A stretch of DNA of 64,000 nt from contig OZ024762.1 of assembly GCA_964016885.1 (NCBI GenBank), positions 7,378,001-7,442,000 of the forward strand, read 5' to 3'. The DNA comes from Eledone cirrhosa (Eukaryota). The translations under genes were made by a program, and so were the position numbers. The notes below the pieces were generated by a model. It was not told where the DNA came from. It was given only the letters and a program-made list of their open reading frames with translations, and did not search any database. The stretch's first letter is position 1, and each line of letters opens with the position of its first letter. Of this stretch, positions 14,201 to 27,100 are shown piece by piece.

Positions 14201-15670
14201 ACTATGAATAAGACAAAATGTTTTGTTTGTTAGAAAGAAGGCGGTGTATGTAGATAGAATGTTTAGTTTTCCTGAGTATGAAGGGGTTTTAGTAAAAAGA
14301 CGGTTATATTATACATATACCTCTCTAACATTCCCCCTGTATATAAAGGGTAGTAAAATATATTCTTGTGTCTCAGGAATAACTACGTGTTTATCGATGA
14401 ATTTAAGGGACAACTAAAACATTGCATACATCTTTAGAAGAATGAAGGTGTATATATAAATTAGCTTTATATGTGTATATATATATATCTAGATAGGAAC
14501 GTTTCTTCCAGTGCAGCGCCACGCAAGAGCACAATTCTACTGAGTAAATTAGTCATACTTATAGGTAGAATTTTATTTATTTAAAAAAAAATATATATAG
14601 AAACGGAATGAAGACGAGATAACTGAGGGCGTGGGGAAATATCTCTTTCTGAATATATTTCGTATAGTGAGAGTTGAGATCTCTATCGAAATAATTATCA
14701 ATATTATACTTCGTCTCCGAAATATTTTCAGAAAGAAATTACTTTTTCACGACCGTGTTACCTCACTTCCATCCCGTTTCTATATATAACAAGTTTAAAC
14801 TACTAGTATTTAATACTAATACTTATATATATACAGAACAATAAGTATATTTACTTCAAGATACTAATGTTTATGTTACGGACACAAACCATCCATTTTG
14901 GTAATTACTATCTTAAGACCATGATTTCCTTCATCGATATGTGAGTTGATTAAACCTAAATTTAGTCTAAGCTTATTAACGATTTCTTTGGCATTAAGTG
15001 TCTAAGAGTACATGAATCTTCTTGGATAGGACGCCAGTCTATCGCAGGATGACCTCAGCTGAGTGAGTGCACTGGAACAAGGTGAAATAATGTTTTTTAA
15101 AGAGATTCATGCAAAACTTCTGAGTTGTAGGGGTGCCGCACTGACATATGGCGTATCTAGGGCATTTTTAAAAACCCGGCAGAGCCCATCGACCCTCCAG
15201 TTTCTCTCTCTATATATATATATATTCGTTCTTTAACTTCTGTAGTCATTGGGGAGATCTGAATGCAGAAGCAGCATACATTCAAAATAGTCTGTCAACG
15301 GTGGTCATCAGGAAATCTGGTGTAGTCATGTGCGTCTGAATAGATATATGTATAAATTGTCCATTTATTCCTGAGAGGGTTGCAGAAGTCCTGTCAGAAG
15401 CAACCGTCTATATATACATCTTCTTTGTCCACTTATTCCTAAGAGGGTCATGGGGGCAGAGCCCCCCAACAGGTCCTGTAAGAAGCAACTGTCTATATAC
15501 TTATGTATATATATATAGATGCATGTATTCATATATATATATTGTCCACTTCTTCCTAAAAGGGTCGTGGGGGCAGAGCCCTCAAACACTTGCTCCAACG
15601 GGTCCTCTCAGAAGCAACCATCTATATATATAAAGAATAATAAACATAATGTATATATATATATGCATGC

Positions 15671-15704
<34 letters not shown>

Positions 15705-15774
15705 CCATGTATAACTCATGGCAGCGTGGAAGATGGACATTAAATGAGGATAGATATATATATATACTTACACA

Positions 15775-16047
15775 GTATATGCTAATAGCATTAAGTATTT
15801 GATTTATAGTCACCTGCCTGTCATCTATCACCATGAAGTGAACAGGATCAATGTCTTCCTCAGTGGTGCCAAATTTTGTCCTCCATTTTCAAGAGAAGTT
15901 GCTACTAGTTACTTTGGAAGTTTCCTTTGAACTGTCAGTTTACCTGGAAAAAAGCAGCTAAGTTATTAATAAGAAGAGTTGAAATTAATTCATGTAAGAT
16001 TTCATAGTTCTAGCATCAGTCTTTGAGCTTTTCAGCCCATCCTCGTA
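15775..16047 (-). mobile_element. Mariner-like transposon fragment, same family as 1472-1760
   Basis: Ends in TIR-like gagcttttcagcccatcctcgta; reverse complement resembles 1480-1650. Confidence 0.7.
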
Positions 16048-16453
16048 GTTATACATACATAGGTAGAATGTTTCATAAGAAATATGATAACGAAAAGGTT
16101 AATAAGACATTAAATGAAACAAAGATTGTTTTAGAGAGACTTTATTCATACAGAAATAAATATTTATATATAAGACATATGAAAGTTTATTTAAATATAT
16201 CTCATCTTTCAAAAGTGAGAATTCCTTTCACAGAAACCACCTTTAGAACATTGAAGTAGAACTGAATATAGCAGAGGAATTCTTTAACATAAAACATATA
16301 TAAACACACAGGCATACACCTACACACTCATGCACTAAGATAGGCTTACACACACACAAATGTATTCACTTAGACACGCACACATACTAACAAAGCCTTA
16401 TACACATATACTGCCACAAACATACATATACACACACATGGTTTGCATGTATT

Positions 16454-16805
16454 TAACCCTTTAACATTTACTATTGTATTTTCACAGTAAAGGCTTTACC
16501 TCACATATTTACATTACTCTATATTTACTATTGTATTTTCACAGTAAAGGCTTTACCTCACATATTTACATTACTCTATATATACTATTGTATTTTCACA
16601 GTAAAGGCTTTACCTCACATAACATTTACATTACTCTATATTTATTATTATATTTTCATGGTAAAGGCTTTATTTCACATAATATCGAATCTATGAGATT
16701 CTGATATTTATGTTGAGAAGAATACCTTAATGTCTGTATGAGTGGCCAGTTACAGCTGGTTTGAACAGAAAGAGGTGAGAGAGTTCCAATTTAAATGCTA
16801 AAGGG
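16454..16805 (+). mobile_element. piggyBac-type MITE with internal tandem repeats
   Basis: Starts ttaaccctttaacattt, ends aaatgctaaaggg (TIR CCCTTTAGCATTT); internal repeats give the 'HSKGF' ORFs. Confidence 0.75.
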
Positions 16806-16875
16806 ATGTACGTGTGTATATTGACACTGAAGGAAATGTTGGAATTTAACAACAAATATTAAGATTCTTGATGGT

Positions 16876-17340
16876 TAACCCATTAGCAGTTAAACTGGCC
16901 ATATCCGGCCAGAATTCTCTCACCGGCCATAACTGGCTGCTCATACTGATATTAAGGCATTGTTCTCAGAATAAATAATATTAAAATCTCGTAGATTTGA
17001 TGTTATATGATGGTAAAGTCTTTAGCACAAAAATACAATAGTAAATATAGAGTTATGTGAGGTAAAGCCTTTACTATGAAAATACAATAGTATATATAGA
17101 GTAATGTAAATGTTATGTGAGATATTATGTGAGGTAAAGCCTTTACTGTGAAAATACAATAGTATGTATAAAGTAATGTAAATGGTATGTGAGATATTAT
17201 GTGAGGTAAAGCCTTTACTATGAAAATACAATAGTATGTATAGAGTAATGTAAATGTTATGTGAGATATTATGTGAGGTAAAGCCTTTACTATGAAAATA
17301 CAATAGTATGTATAGAGTAATGTAAATGCTAAAGGGTTAA
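16876..17340 (-). mobile_element. piggyBac-type MITE, inverted relative to 16454-16805
   Basis: ttaacccattagcagtt ... aaatgctaaagggttaa; TTAA at both ends; 70-bp internal repeats. Confidence 0.8.
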
Positions 17341-17459
17341 AGATGAAAGCAGATATGTTGAGATCACAGCCAATTTAGAATAAACTTCCTCTGTCCAGTC
17401 AGAGTCTCAGCTTTAGAATGGAACAGTCCAACAGCTTTTTCTTCTGCACCATCTCAAAT

Positions 17460-17612
17460 TTAGAATGGAATGGTCCAACCGATCTGTCTTAGTCCCTTAT
17501 TAGTCAACAGACTGGAATCAACATCTGAAGAAGTGAAGAATGTAATACTCAGTGTTAAATGTTTGTATCGCATTCCCTCTTCCAGGGGGTGGGGAATGTC
17601 TTGGTAGTAGTC

Positions 17613-17643
<31 letters not shown>

Positions 17644-19953
17644 AATATATATAATTAGAATTGGTGCTCTGAAATAGCGATATATATATATGAATGTATA
17701 TATAGTGTATTTTGCAATACACTGTATGCTTAATTAAAAGCATTTTGAAGACCTTCAAAATGCTTTTAATTAAGCATAGTGTATTGCAAAATACACTATA
17801 TATATGTATATATGTATATATAAATAGGGAAACACAAAGCAGGCTTTGTTTACAAACAGCTAGCGAATTTTAAATAGGTAGTAACATGTGCTTACGGTGT
17901 ATTTGACTAAATATAATTAGTGTGTTAGTTGGGATTTAAAAAACCCTCTGAATGTAAAAAAGGATGAGTATTGATGTACATGAGACACAAACCCACATTG
18001 GGCTGGCAATTCAGAGGGTTTTTTAAAATCACAACAGATTAATTCTATTTACTCAAATATGGCGTAAGCAAGTGTTACTATATATATTCATTTCATTTCA
18101 TTTTACGTCCGCTTTTTCCCTGCTTGCAAGGGTGGGACGGGAACTGATTCTGGCTTGATTTCTACAGCTGGATGCCCTTCCTAACACCAACATCATTTAC
18201 AGTGAGTGCTGGGTGCTTTCTTGCCGTGGCACCTCCACGACCACTTTACAGTGGAATGATAGGGACCCCAGTCCCTATCATCTCATTTCTACAGCTGAGT
18301 AAACTGGAGCAATGTGAAATAAAGTGTCTTGCTCAAGGAAACAACACATCACCCGGTCTGAGAATTGAACTCACAACCTTTTGATTGCAAGGCCAATGCT
18401 CTAACCACTAAGCCATATGCCTCCATATGTATATATATATATAAGCAAGTATTGCACCAAGAAAAATACATCTGCTGACTACAATATATATTGTTCAATC
18501 ATATGCAATACTTAATTATTTATTACACTTCATCAGAAAGCCTATAGTAGTGGAATTCAGTAATGAGGTAAAATTCAGTAATGTGAATAAGTTAAAATTA
18601 GCATGAAATACAATAAGTTAGTGTGAGGGAGTGGGGGTATAGAGTGTCACACTATCAATCTGTGTGCTGTGATGTGGAACAATTATTCTTTGTAGTTTAA
18701 GGAGACATCAAAAAGTTTTATTAGTTTCATGCTTTATATTGGAAAGAGGAGAGAAAGTTCTATGTGTAAGGCTTAAGCCCTTTGTATATATTATATTAAA
18801 TATACTATATATATATAATATATACACCATATGTTGTGCTAAAGAGAAAGGCAATGGCTGATACAGTGAGACACCAGTGATACTGTAACTAATTTGTTTT
18901 TCAAGTTGAGTGAAGTGGTACATGAAATAAAGTGTCTTGTTCAAGGAAGCAATGCTCCACCCTTTTCCAGGAATTAAACTCACACCTTATGATTGTGTGC
19001 ACAATAACCACTACCACCACCACTACTACTACTACTAGCATGGGAAACAGTGAAAACAGAGAAATATTTACCTTGTATGTTAGGGCAACCACTGAAATTA
19101 ATAATGGTAAGACGTGGGCAGATTTTCAGTACAAGTTCCATAGAAACTTCAGTTATTCCTTCAATATTTAGAAGTACCATTTCCTGTAATTGTTATATAT
19201 ATATATACAATATAAATATATATATAGTGAAAAATTGAAGAATAACATGGTCGGCTGTACAAAAAGGGTTTTTTTTCAAGTATTACCAATTGTTTCATTG
19301 ATCAGATGAGTCTAAAGGCTGCTGATCACTAGACCTTAAATACAGTGTTTGCCTCTGATCAAATCATCGGAATACTGGAGGGTTTAACATATGGCATTGT
19401 ATATCATCATCATCATCATTGTTTAACGTCCATCTTCCACACTAGCAAGGGTTAGACGGTATATATATATATATATATATATATATAGGATTAGAATACT
19501 GGAGCGTGTTTGAGTCAAACACCCTCTTCGTATTATAGAAATGACAGTAAAAGGTATAGCTCAATGCAGTTAAACAGAGCCAAAAAATTAAGAGAGTAAA
19601 ACAAAGAATCCTTTAATACATCAAAAGTTTTTATTAGCCGACAATGTTTCGTCCTATTGAGGACTCATCAGGGCAATCAAAACAACAAGAGGTAATATCG
19701 GCAGATACAAGCCGATATATATATATATATATATTATAATCTTTTTCGGGGAAATTATTGGATTTTTCCAAATTTAAAGGTTTATTAGGATCTTTCAATG
19801 TCTATTTTAGGTTTTATCATCTCAAGAGCTCAAGCTATTTAAACCGATAGTCCTCGGTGAAATATGTATAACGGAGTTTTAGATAAATCTGAACTAACTG
19901 AATATGGCCTCCGATCTTATATTTATATGTACATACATGTATGTATATGTATG

Positions 19954-20001
<48 letters not shown>

Positions 20002-20108
20002 TATATTATATTGCCTCGTTTGACGAACGAATGAAGTCGTTTATTTCGTATTCGCCTCATTCGGGAAACCTCTGGTAATGAGGTAATAATATTGTATTGA
20101 TTTTATAC

Positions 20109-20173
<65 letters not shown>

Positions 20174-20651
20174 AAGAACACAAGAGCGTCTACAACATCA
20201 AAAGATTTTTATTGGCTTACAATGTTTCTTCCTTACGTAACCGTAGGATTCGTCAGAGCTATAAAAGGGGTTTGATTGGTGTTATGGACTCTACCAACCA
20301 AACAGTCAAGAACAAAGAGTAAAGAGAGTAAAGAGCAAAAGTAGGGGACGATAAGTCTAATTTTGGTGCGGGAGGGTGGGGTGTGGGTCCTTGTTTACTA
20401 GCTGCGGTCATATTCATTCCCGGGAGTCGGGTGGTTAGCAGAACCATAGATGGGGTGGCGTCGATAGTATGCTGCAGAGGGTGTGCAGAGGCTACACACA
20501 CACAAAGGGCATACAATATATATATATAGCGGAGGAGAAAGTACATGAGGTAATTAGAAATGGAAAAAGAGTAATAATAATAATCTATAATTAATAGTGT
20601 ATAATAAGGCATGGGGAAGATTACACTATAATAAGGTATAAAAGTAAGAAT

Positions 20652-20695
<44 letters not shown>

Positions 20696-20917
20696 CATAC
20701 ATACATGTATGTATATATATATTGCTCGCACCAACCTGAGGTATATTTTTATCATATGTAGTAACCCATGTGCAACCACGCAGTATTCTTCTTTCTTCTC
20801 ATGTTTTTTATATATATGTATACATATATATATATATACATACATACATGTATGTATATATGTATACATATATATACATACATGTATGTATATATATATA
20901 TATATATATACATACAT

Positions 20918-20958
<41 letters not shown>

Positions 20959-21070
20959 CATGTATGTATATACACATATATATATATATACATGTATGTA
21001 GATATATATATATATGTATATATATACATACATGTATGTATATATATATATACATATATATACATACATG

Positions 21071-21162
<92 letters not shown>

Positions 21163-24100
21163 CATACATGTATGTATATTATAATAGAATATAAAAGAAA
21201 AATGAACACAGATATATACATATATGTGTTCAAATCACAAGGGACCAGATTCACTAGGGTGAAAAGAATACTAGCTATAGACAACTGGGTTTGTTACTCG
21301 TCTCAATTGAAGAAAAAATCAAGAAAATAAATACAAACAGGAATTGTGGTAACTACTGATCACCCAGACAACTTGTTGTTGTTTCGCAATGTTAATTGTG
21401 AATAGAATTACCAATTCAAGGTCATCAGTGGGTGATGAATTAGTATCCTAGACAAGACACTTCTAAGTATATTAAGAAACTGAATACTGTGCTATAAATA
21501 TTCAAAGTATATTAAGAAACTGAATACTGTGCTATATATAGCAGTAAAGCCTTTACCTTACATAATATCTCACATAACATTTACATTCTCTATACATACT
21601 ATTGTATTTTCACAGTAAAGGCTTTACCTCACATAATATCTCACATAACATTTACATTATTCTATATATACTATTGTATTTTCACAGTAAAGGCTTTACC
21701 TCACATAACATTTACATTATTCTATATATACTATTGTATTTTCATAGTAAAGGCTTTACCTCACATAATATCTCACATAACATTTACATTACTCTATATA
21801 TACTATTGTATTTTCACAGTAAAGGCTTTACCTTACATAATATCTCACATAACATTTACATTACTCTATATATACTATTGTATTTTCACAGTAAAGGCTT
21901 TACCTCACATAACCTTTACATTATTCTATACATACTATTGTATTTTCACAGTAAAAGCTGAATCTCACATAATATCGAATCTATGAGATTTTGATATCTA
22001 TTTTGAGAACAATACCTTACCATAAGTATGAGCAGCCGGTTACGGCCGGTTTTAACAGAAAGAGATGAGAGAATTCTGGCCAGATATGGCTGGTTTAAAT
22101 GCTAAACGGTTAATGAGTTGTAGAGCACCTGAGTATTGGACACAATAATTTTCATTATTAATTTTTATTATTCTATTTCAATTGTGTAATGGACTGGCGT
22201 CGTACCTACGGGGAAGTCTCGTACTGTTGGTGACAGGACAAGCATGGGTCGGAGTAGCCGGCAGACTTGTGACAAGAAAAAGAAGTAAATATATAAAAGA
22301 CTGAACTGACCTCTAGTGTGTTATGACATTGACCTGCCACAAGGGAAGCAATCCCAGCATCAGTTATCTAAAACGGAGAACGGAATCTATATTATAGTAA
22401 CTGTATTGCAGTGTTATGGTCTGTCTGTCACACAGACACTACGCTCTGACAATAAAGGTTTCTTCTATTCTAAATATTATATAAATGTAAGACAGACGTG
22501 GGGGTGAGGGTGGGGAGGAGGGGGGAGGGGGGAGAAGCAAGAAGATGGTGATGATGATGAGGATGGAGGTGATGACAGTGAGGAGCGGGAAGATGGTAGT
22601 AATGATGATGGTGGTGAAGAAGATGATAATGATGATGATGGTGGTGGTGATGATGATGATGATGATGACAATGGTGATAATAATAATAATAATAATAATA
22701 ATAATAGTAATAGTAATAATGCTTTCTACCATAGGCACAGGGTCAGCAATTTTGGGGGAGGGGGGAAAAGTCGATTAAATCGACCTCAGTACATTACTGG
22801 TACTTTATTTTATCGCCCCCGTAAGGATGAAAGGCAAAGTTAACCTCGGCGGGATTAGAACTCAGACCGTAAAGGGCCGTAACTCTATGCGTCAAAGCAT
22901 GGCGTCCGACGCTCTACCGATACTGCCAATCCACCGCTAATAATGAGGAGGAGAAGGAAGAAGAAGAAAATGGGGATGACATACTGAAGTCTTACTGAGG
23001 TCTATACACCTCAAACGGTGACAGTTCTCTCCCAGTGCATGCACTGCCGCATCGCTGACCTTTGGGCATTGGTTGAGATTTAAAGAGAAGATCTTGTGAC
23101 AAGACTTTGACAAGGACATCACTGTAGCATCATCAACGTTGCTACAACGACTGAGATTTAATACTTCGATGGAGAGACAATGTCTGAGCAAGTCGGTTAA
23201 ACCTGGCGAAAGAGAATTGGAGAAAAACACACAAGTTAGAATTTATTAATCATCATCATCATAGACATCATTGTTGTCATTGTCAGCATTATCACTGTCA
23301 TCACTACCACCATCACTATCACCACCACCACCACCTTCACTATCACCACCACCATCTTCACTATCATCATCATCACCACCACCACCACCACCATCTTCAC
23401 TATCATCATCATCACCACCACCATCTTCACTATCATCATCATCACCACCACCACCATCTTCACTATCATCATCATCACCACCACCATCTTCACTATCACC
23501 ACCACCATCTTCACTATCATCATCATCACCACCACCACCACCACCATCTTCACTATCATCATCATCACCACCACCATCTTCACTATCACCACCACCATCT
23601 TCACTATCATCATCATCACCACCACCACCACCATCTTCACTATCATCATCATCACCACCACCACCATCTTCACTATCATCATCACCACCTCCACCACCTT
23701 TACTATCAACATCATCACTACCACCAGCATCATTGTCATCACCATCACCATCACCACCACCACCACCACCACCAGCATCATTATCATCTCATCAAAAGAC
23801 TGGGTGATCTTTGTTTTTGTGGCACCAACATTATCACCGTACAGGGTGTACTGGGTGCTCTTTGTTGTTGTAGCACCAACATTATCACCGTACAGGGTGT
23901 ACTGACTGTTTTCGTTGTTGTGGCACCAACACTACCACCTTACAGGATGTACTGGGTGCTCTTTGTTGTTGTGGCACCAACACTACCACCTTACAGGATG
24001 TACTGGGTGCTCTTTGTTGTTGTGGCACCAACACCATCACCGTACAGAGTGTAGTGGGTGCTTTCAATGTTGTAGCACCAGCACTATCAACTATCACCAT

Positions 24101-27100
24101 ATAGAGTGTACTGGGTGCTCTTTGTCAAGAATTTAGAATGGCAGACAGTGAAATGTTTTACTTACATGCTGAAGAAAAGCGGGCCTCTTGATGAGATGAA
24201 CTGAGGTTAAGATTTCGAAGTTTGGAGCAATGATCTAGGCTGCGTAAACCAGCTTCTGTGACCAAAGATGATGAAAGGTCTAATTTCTGTAGATTTTTGT
24301 GGATTACCTGAAAAGAAAGAATATTTGTGACAGTAAAACACACCTGATATCTTTTGTTGAAATATGGTTTTAGTCTCGTAGCTGTCATTTGTAATATGAA
24401 GACATCTTGAAGATGGTATTTATAAAACCTACCAAGATTGGAGGTACAATATATTTGTCAAGGACCTACAAACCATAAACAAAATCTTCCAATACTTGGA
24501 GGCCACAAAATGATTCAATAACAGAAATATTTCACTGATCTACAGCAGTCCTTGCTTTTTCAACTTTTTATTTGTTTTTATTTGTTTTCAATATATAAGG
24601 AATGTAGGTGTCAAGACAAAAAACACCCAGCCCAAACTGTAAAGTGGTCGTGCAGGTGTCACGACAAAAAGCACCCAGTCCAAACTGTAAAGTGGTCGTG
24701 CAGGTGTCACGACAAAAAACGACCCAGCCCAAACTGTAAAGTGGTCGTGCAGGTGTCACGACAAAAAACACCCAGCCCAAACTGTAAAGTGGTCGTGCAG
24801 GTGTCACGACAAAAAAACACCCAGCCCAAACTGTAAAGTGGTCGTGCAGGTGTCACGACAAAAAACGACCCAGCCCAAACTGTAAAGTGGTCGTGCAGGT
24901 GTCACGACAAAAAAACACCCAGCCCAAACTGTAAAGTGGTCGTGCAGGTGTCACGACAAAAAAACACCCAGCCCAAACTGTAAAGGGGTCATGCAGGTGT
25001 CACGACAAAAAGCACCCAGTCTACACTGTAAAGTGGTTGTGTAGGTGTGTCACGACAAAAAAACACCCAGCCCAAACTGTAAAGTGGTCGTGCAGGTGTC
25101 ACGACAAAAAGCACCCAGTCCACACTGTAAAGTGGTTGTGTAGGTGTCATGACAAAAAAGCACCCAGCCCACACTGTAAATGTGGTTGGCATTAAGAAGG
25201 GCATCCAGCCATACAAACCAAGCCAAAATAAGTTCTGTATGAGCAAGACACAGTCACCCGACTCAACTTGCCTCTAATGGGACAACACGTCTAACCCATG
25301 CTAGTGTGGAAAATAGACATTAAACGATGATGATGATATTAAATACATACCTCAGTTTGTCACGATTTATCAGCTTTGTACAGACATTTAAATTAATTAA
25401 TTAAATACATCAACTTACATTGTTTATGTTGTGATCTGACAGTAAACCCCTTAATGACATGTAATTCAGACATTTTTCACGTAGATCAACAGGTAACAAT
25501 TGCAAACACTTCCCATCCACTTCTAAGTTTGTCAGGAATATCTGCATAGAACTGGTAGAATAACAATTGGCATTTTATTTCCAGGACAAAAACAAGAGCA
25601 TCAAATATATATATATATAGTAATAATAATAAATGTGAAGACTAAAATCCAAAGAGGGCTCGTTAAGGATAAACGTATATCAAATATATAAGAACCCAAA
25701 AGCAAATATTTATTAAAATAATAGATTAAAGTTTAAGCAAAGAATCGCTGCTTTCACCCTTAACGGGATCTTCTGATAGATAGATATGTTTATTCTAGGT
25801 TCAATCGGGGGTAACTACAGTAAGTAAGGTACCCAATACATAGCAGAATATAAATATTTAATATAGAGAGGCTTCCACAGGACTAGAACTGTTTCATTCG
25901 GGAGAAATCATGAGGAAGCCCTTCCTGATGAATTCTCCCGAATGAAACAGTTCTAGTCCTGTGGAGACCATTTCTATAATAAATATCTATCTATCTATCT
26001 ATATATATATCAGATATGGTGTGGTAAAACACCAGGTGGATCATAACCAACCAAAGTACTCGATTCTTGGGGTAGAAGAGTGGGTAATATGAATAGATTC
26101 AGGACCCCGACGGCTGAGCTCCAGCCGTCAATGTCCAGAATCTCTTCATATATATTTCTGTATGAGCAATCCATGGTCACCTGACGTGGCGGTGCTGCTG
26201 CTGATGATATATATATATATATATATATCATCATCATCATATATATAAGCGAAACCTACAGTCAGCAGGCACCTCTAACAAAAATACACCCCCGTCCCAC
26301 CACCCCATCCCTTTCGATGTAAAGTTATGTTGGTACCACAACATCCAGTCCGAAATAAATGAGGTCGTGTAGGTGCAACGACAAAAAAAAACACACAGTC
26401 CACGCTGTAATGTGGCCGTGTAGGTAACACGGTAAAAACCTCTCAGTCCACAATGTAAACGTGGTTGGTGTTAGGAAGGGCATCCAGCCGTAGAAAACCT
26501 GCCAGACAGTCCTATACGAGCAAGACAACCACTCTTGCCTCAAGTGGGACAATTCCCGTCCAAACCCATGCAAGCGTGGCAGATGGACATTAAACGATGA
26601 TGATGATGATGATAAGAATGATATTCTAAAGAGAAACGGAAAGGAACCACAGTTAAATAAAGTACTCAATACATTAGGAGAAGGTACATATTTATTTCAC
26701 ACACAAATGGGTTCTAGTAATGTAAAAATTATTTCTGTGTTTTGACAAGCCAGCAGAATTTCATGCTTGAAATGTGAGCAAGCCTGTACATAACCATACA
26801 TGCTGGCCAGAAACAGTCTTATATGAGGAAGACAGTCACCTGACCCAACTTGGTGTTAATAGGACAACCTGTCTAACCCATGCTGGCCAGAAACAGTCTT
26901 ATATGAGGAAGACAGTCACCTGACCCAACTTGGTGTTAATAGGACAATCTGTCTAACCCATGCTGGCCAGAAACAGTCTTATATGAGGAAGACAGTCACC
27001 TGACCCAACTTGGTGTTAATAGGACAATCTGTCTAACCTATGCTGGCCAGAAACAGTCTTATATGAGGAAGACAGTCACCTGACCCAACTTGGTGTTAAT

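Larger units (their letters stand above)
4110..15200. repeat. Large inverted duplication: core arms ~4383-7366 and ~12800-14970, with more diverged outer homology to ~4110/15200
   Basis: Long reverse-complement matches, e.g. 4405 cacatatcgatgaaggaaatcatggtcttaag vs ~14910-14943; 6070-6400 vs 13650-13990; 6600-7030 vs 12995-13440. The right arm lacks the equivalent of ~4881-5559. Confidence 0.95.
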
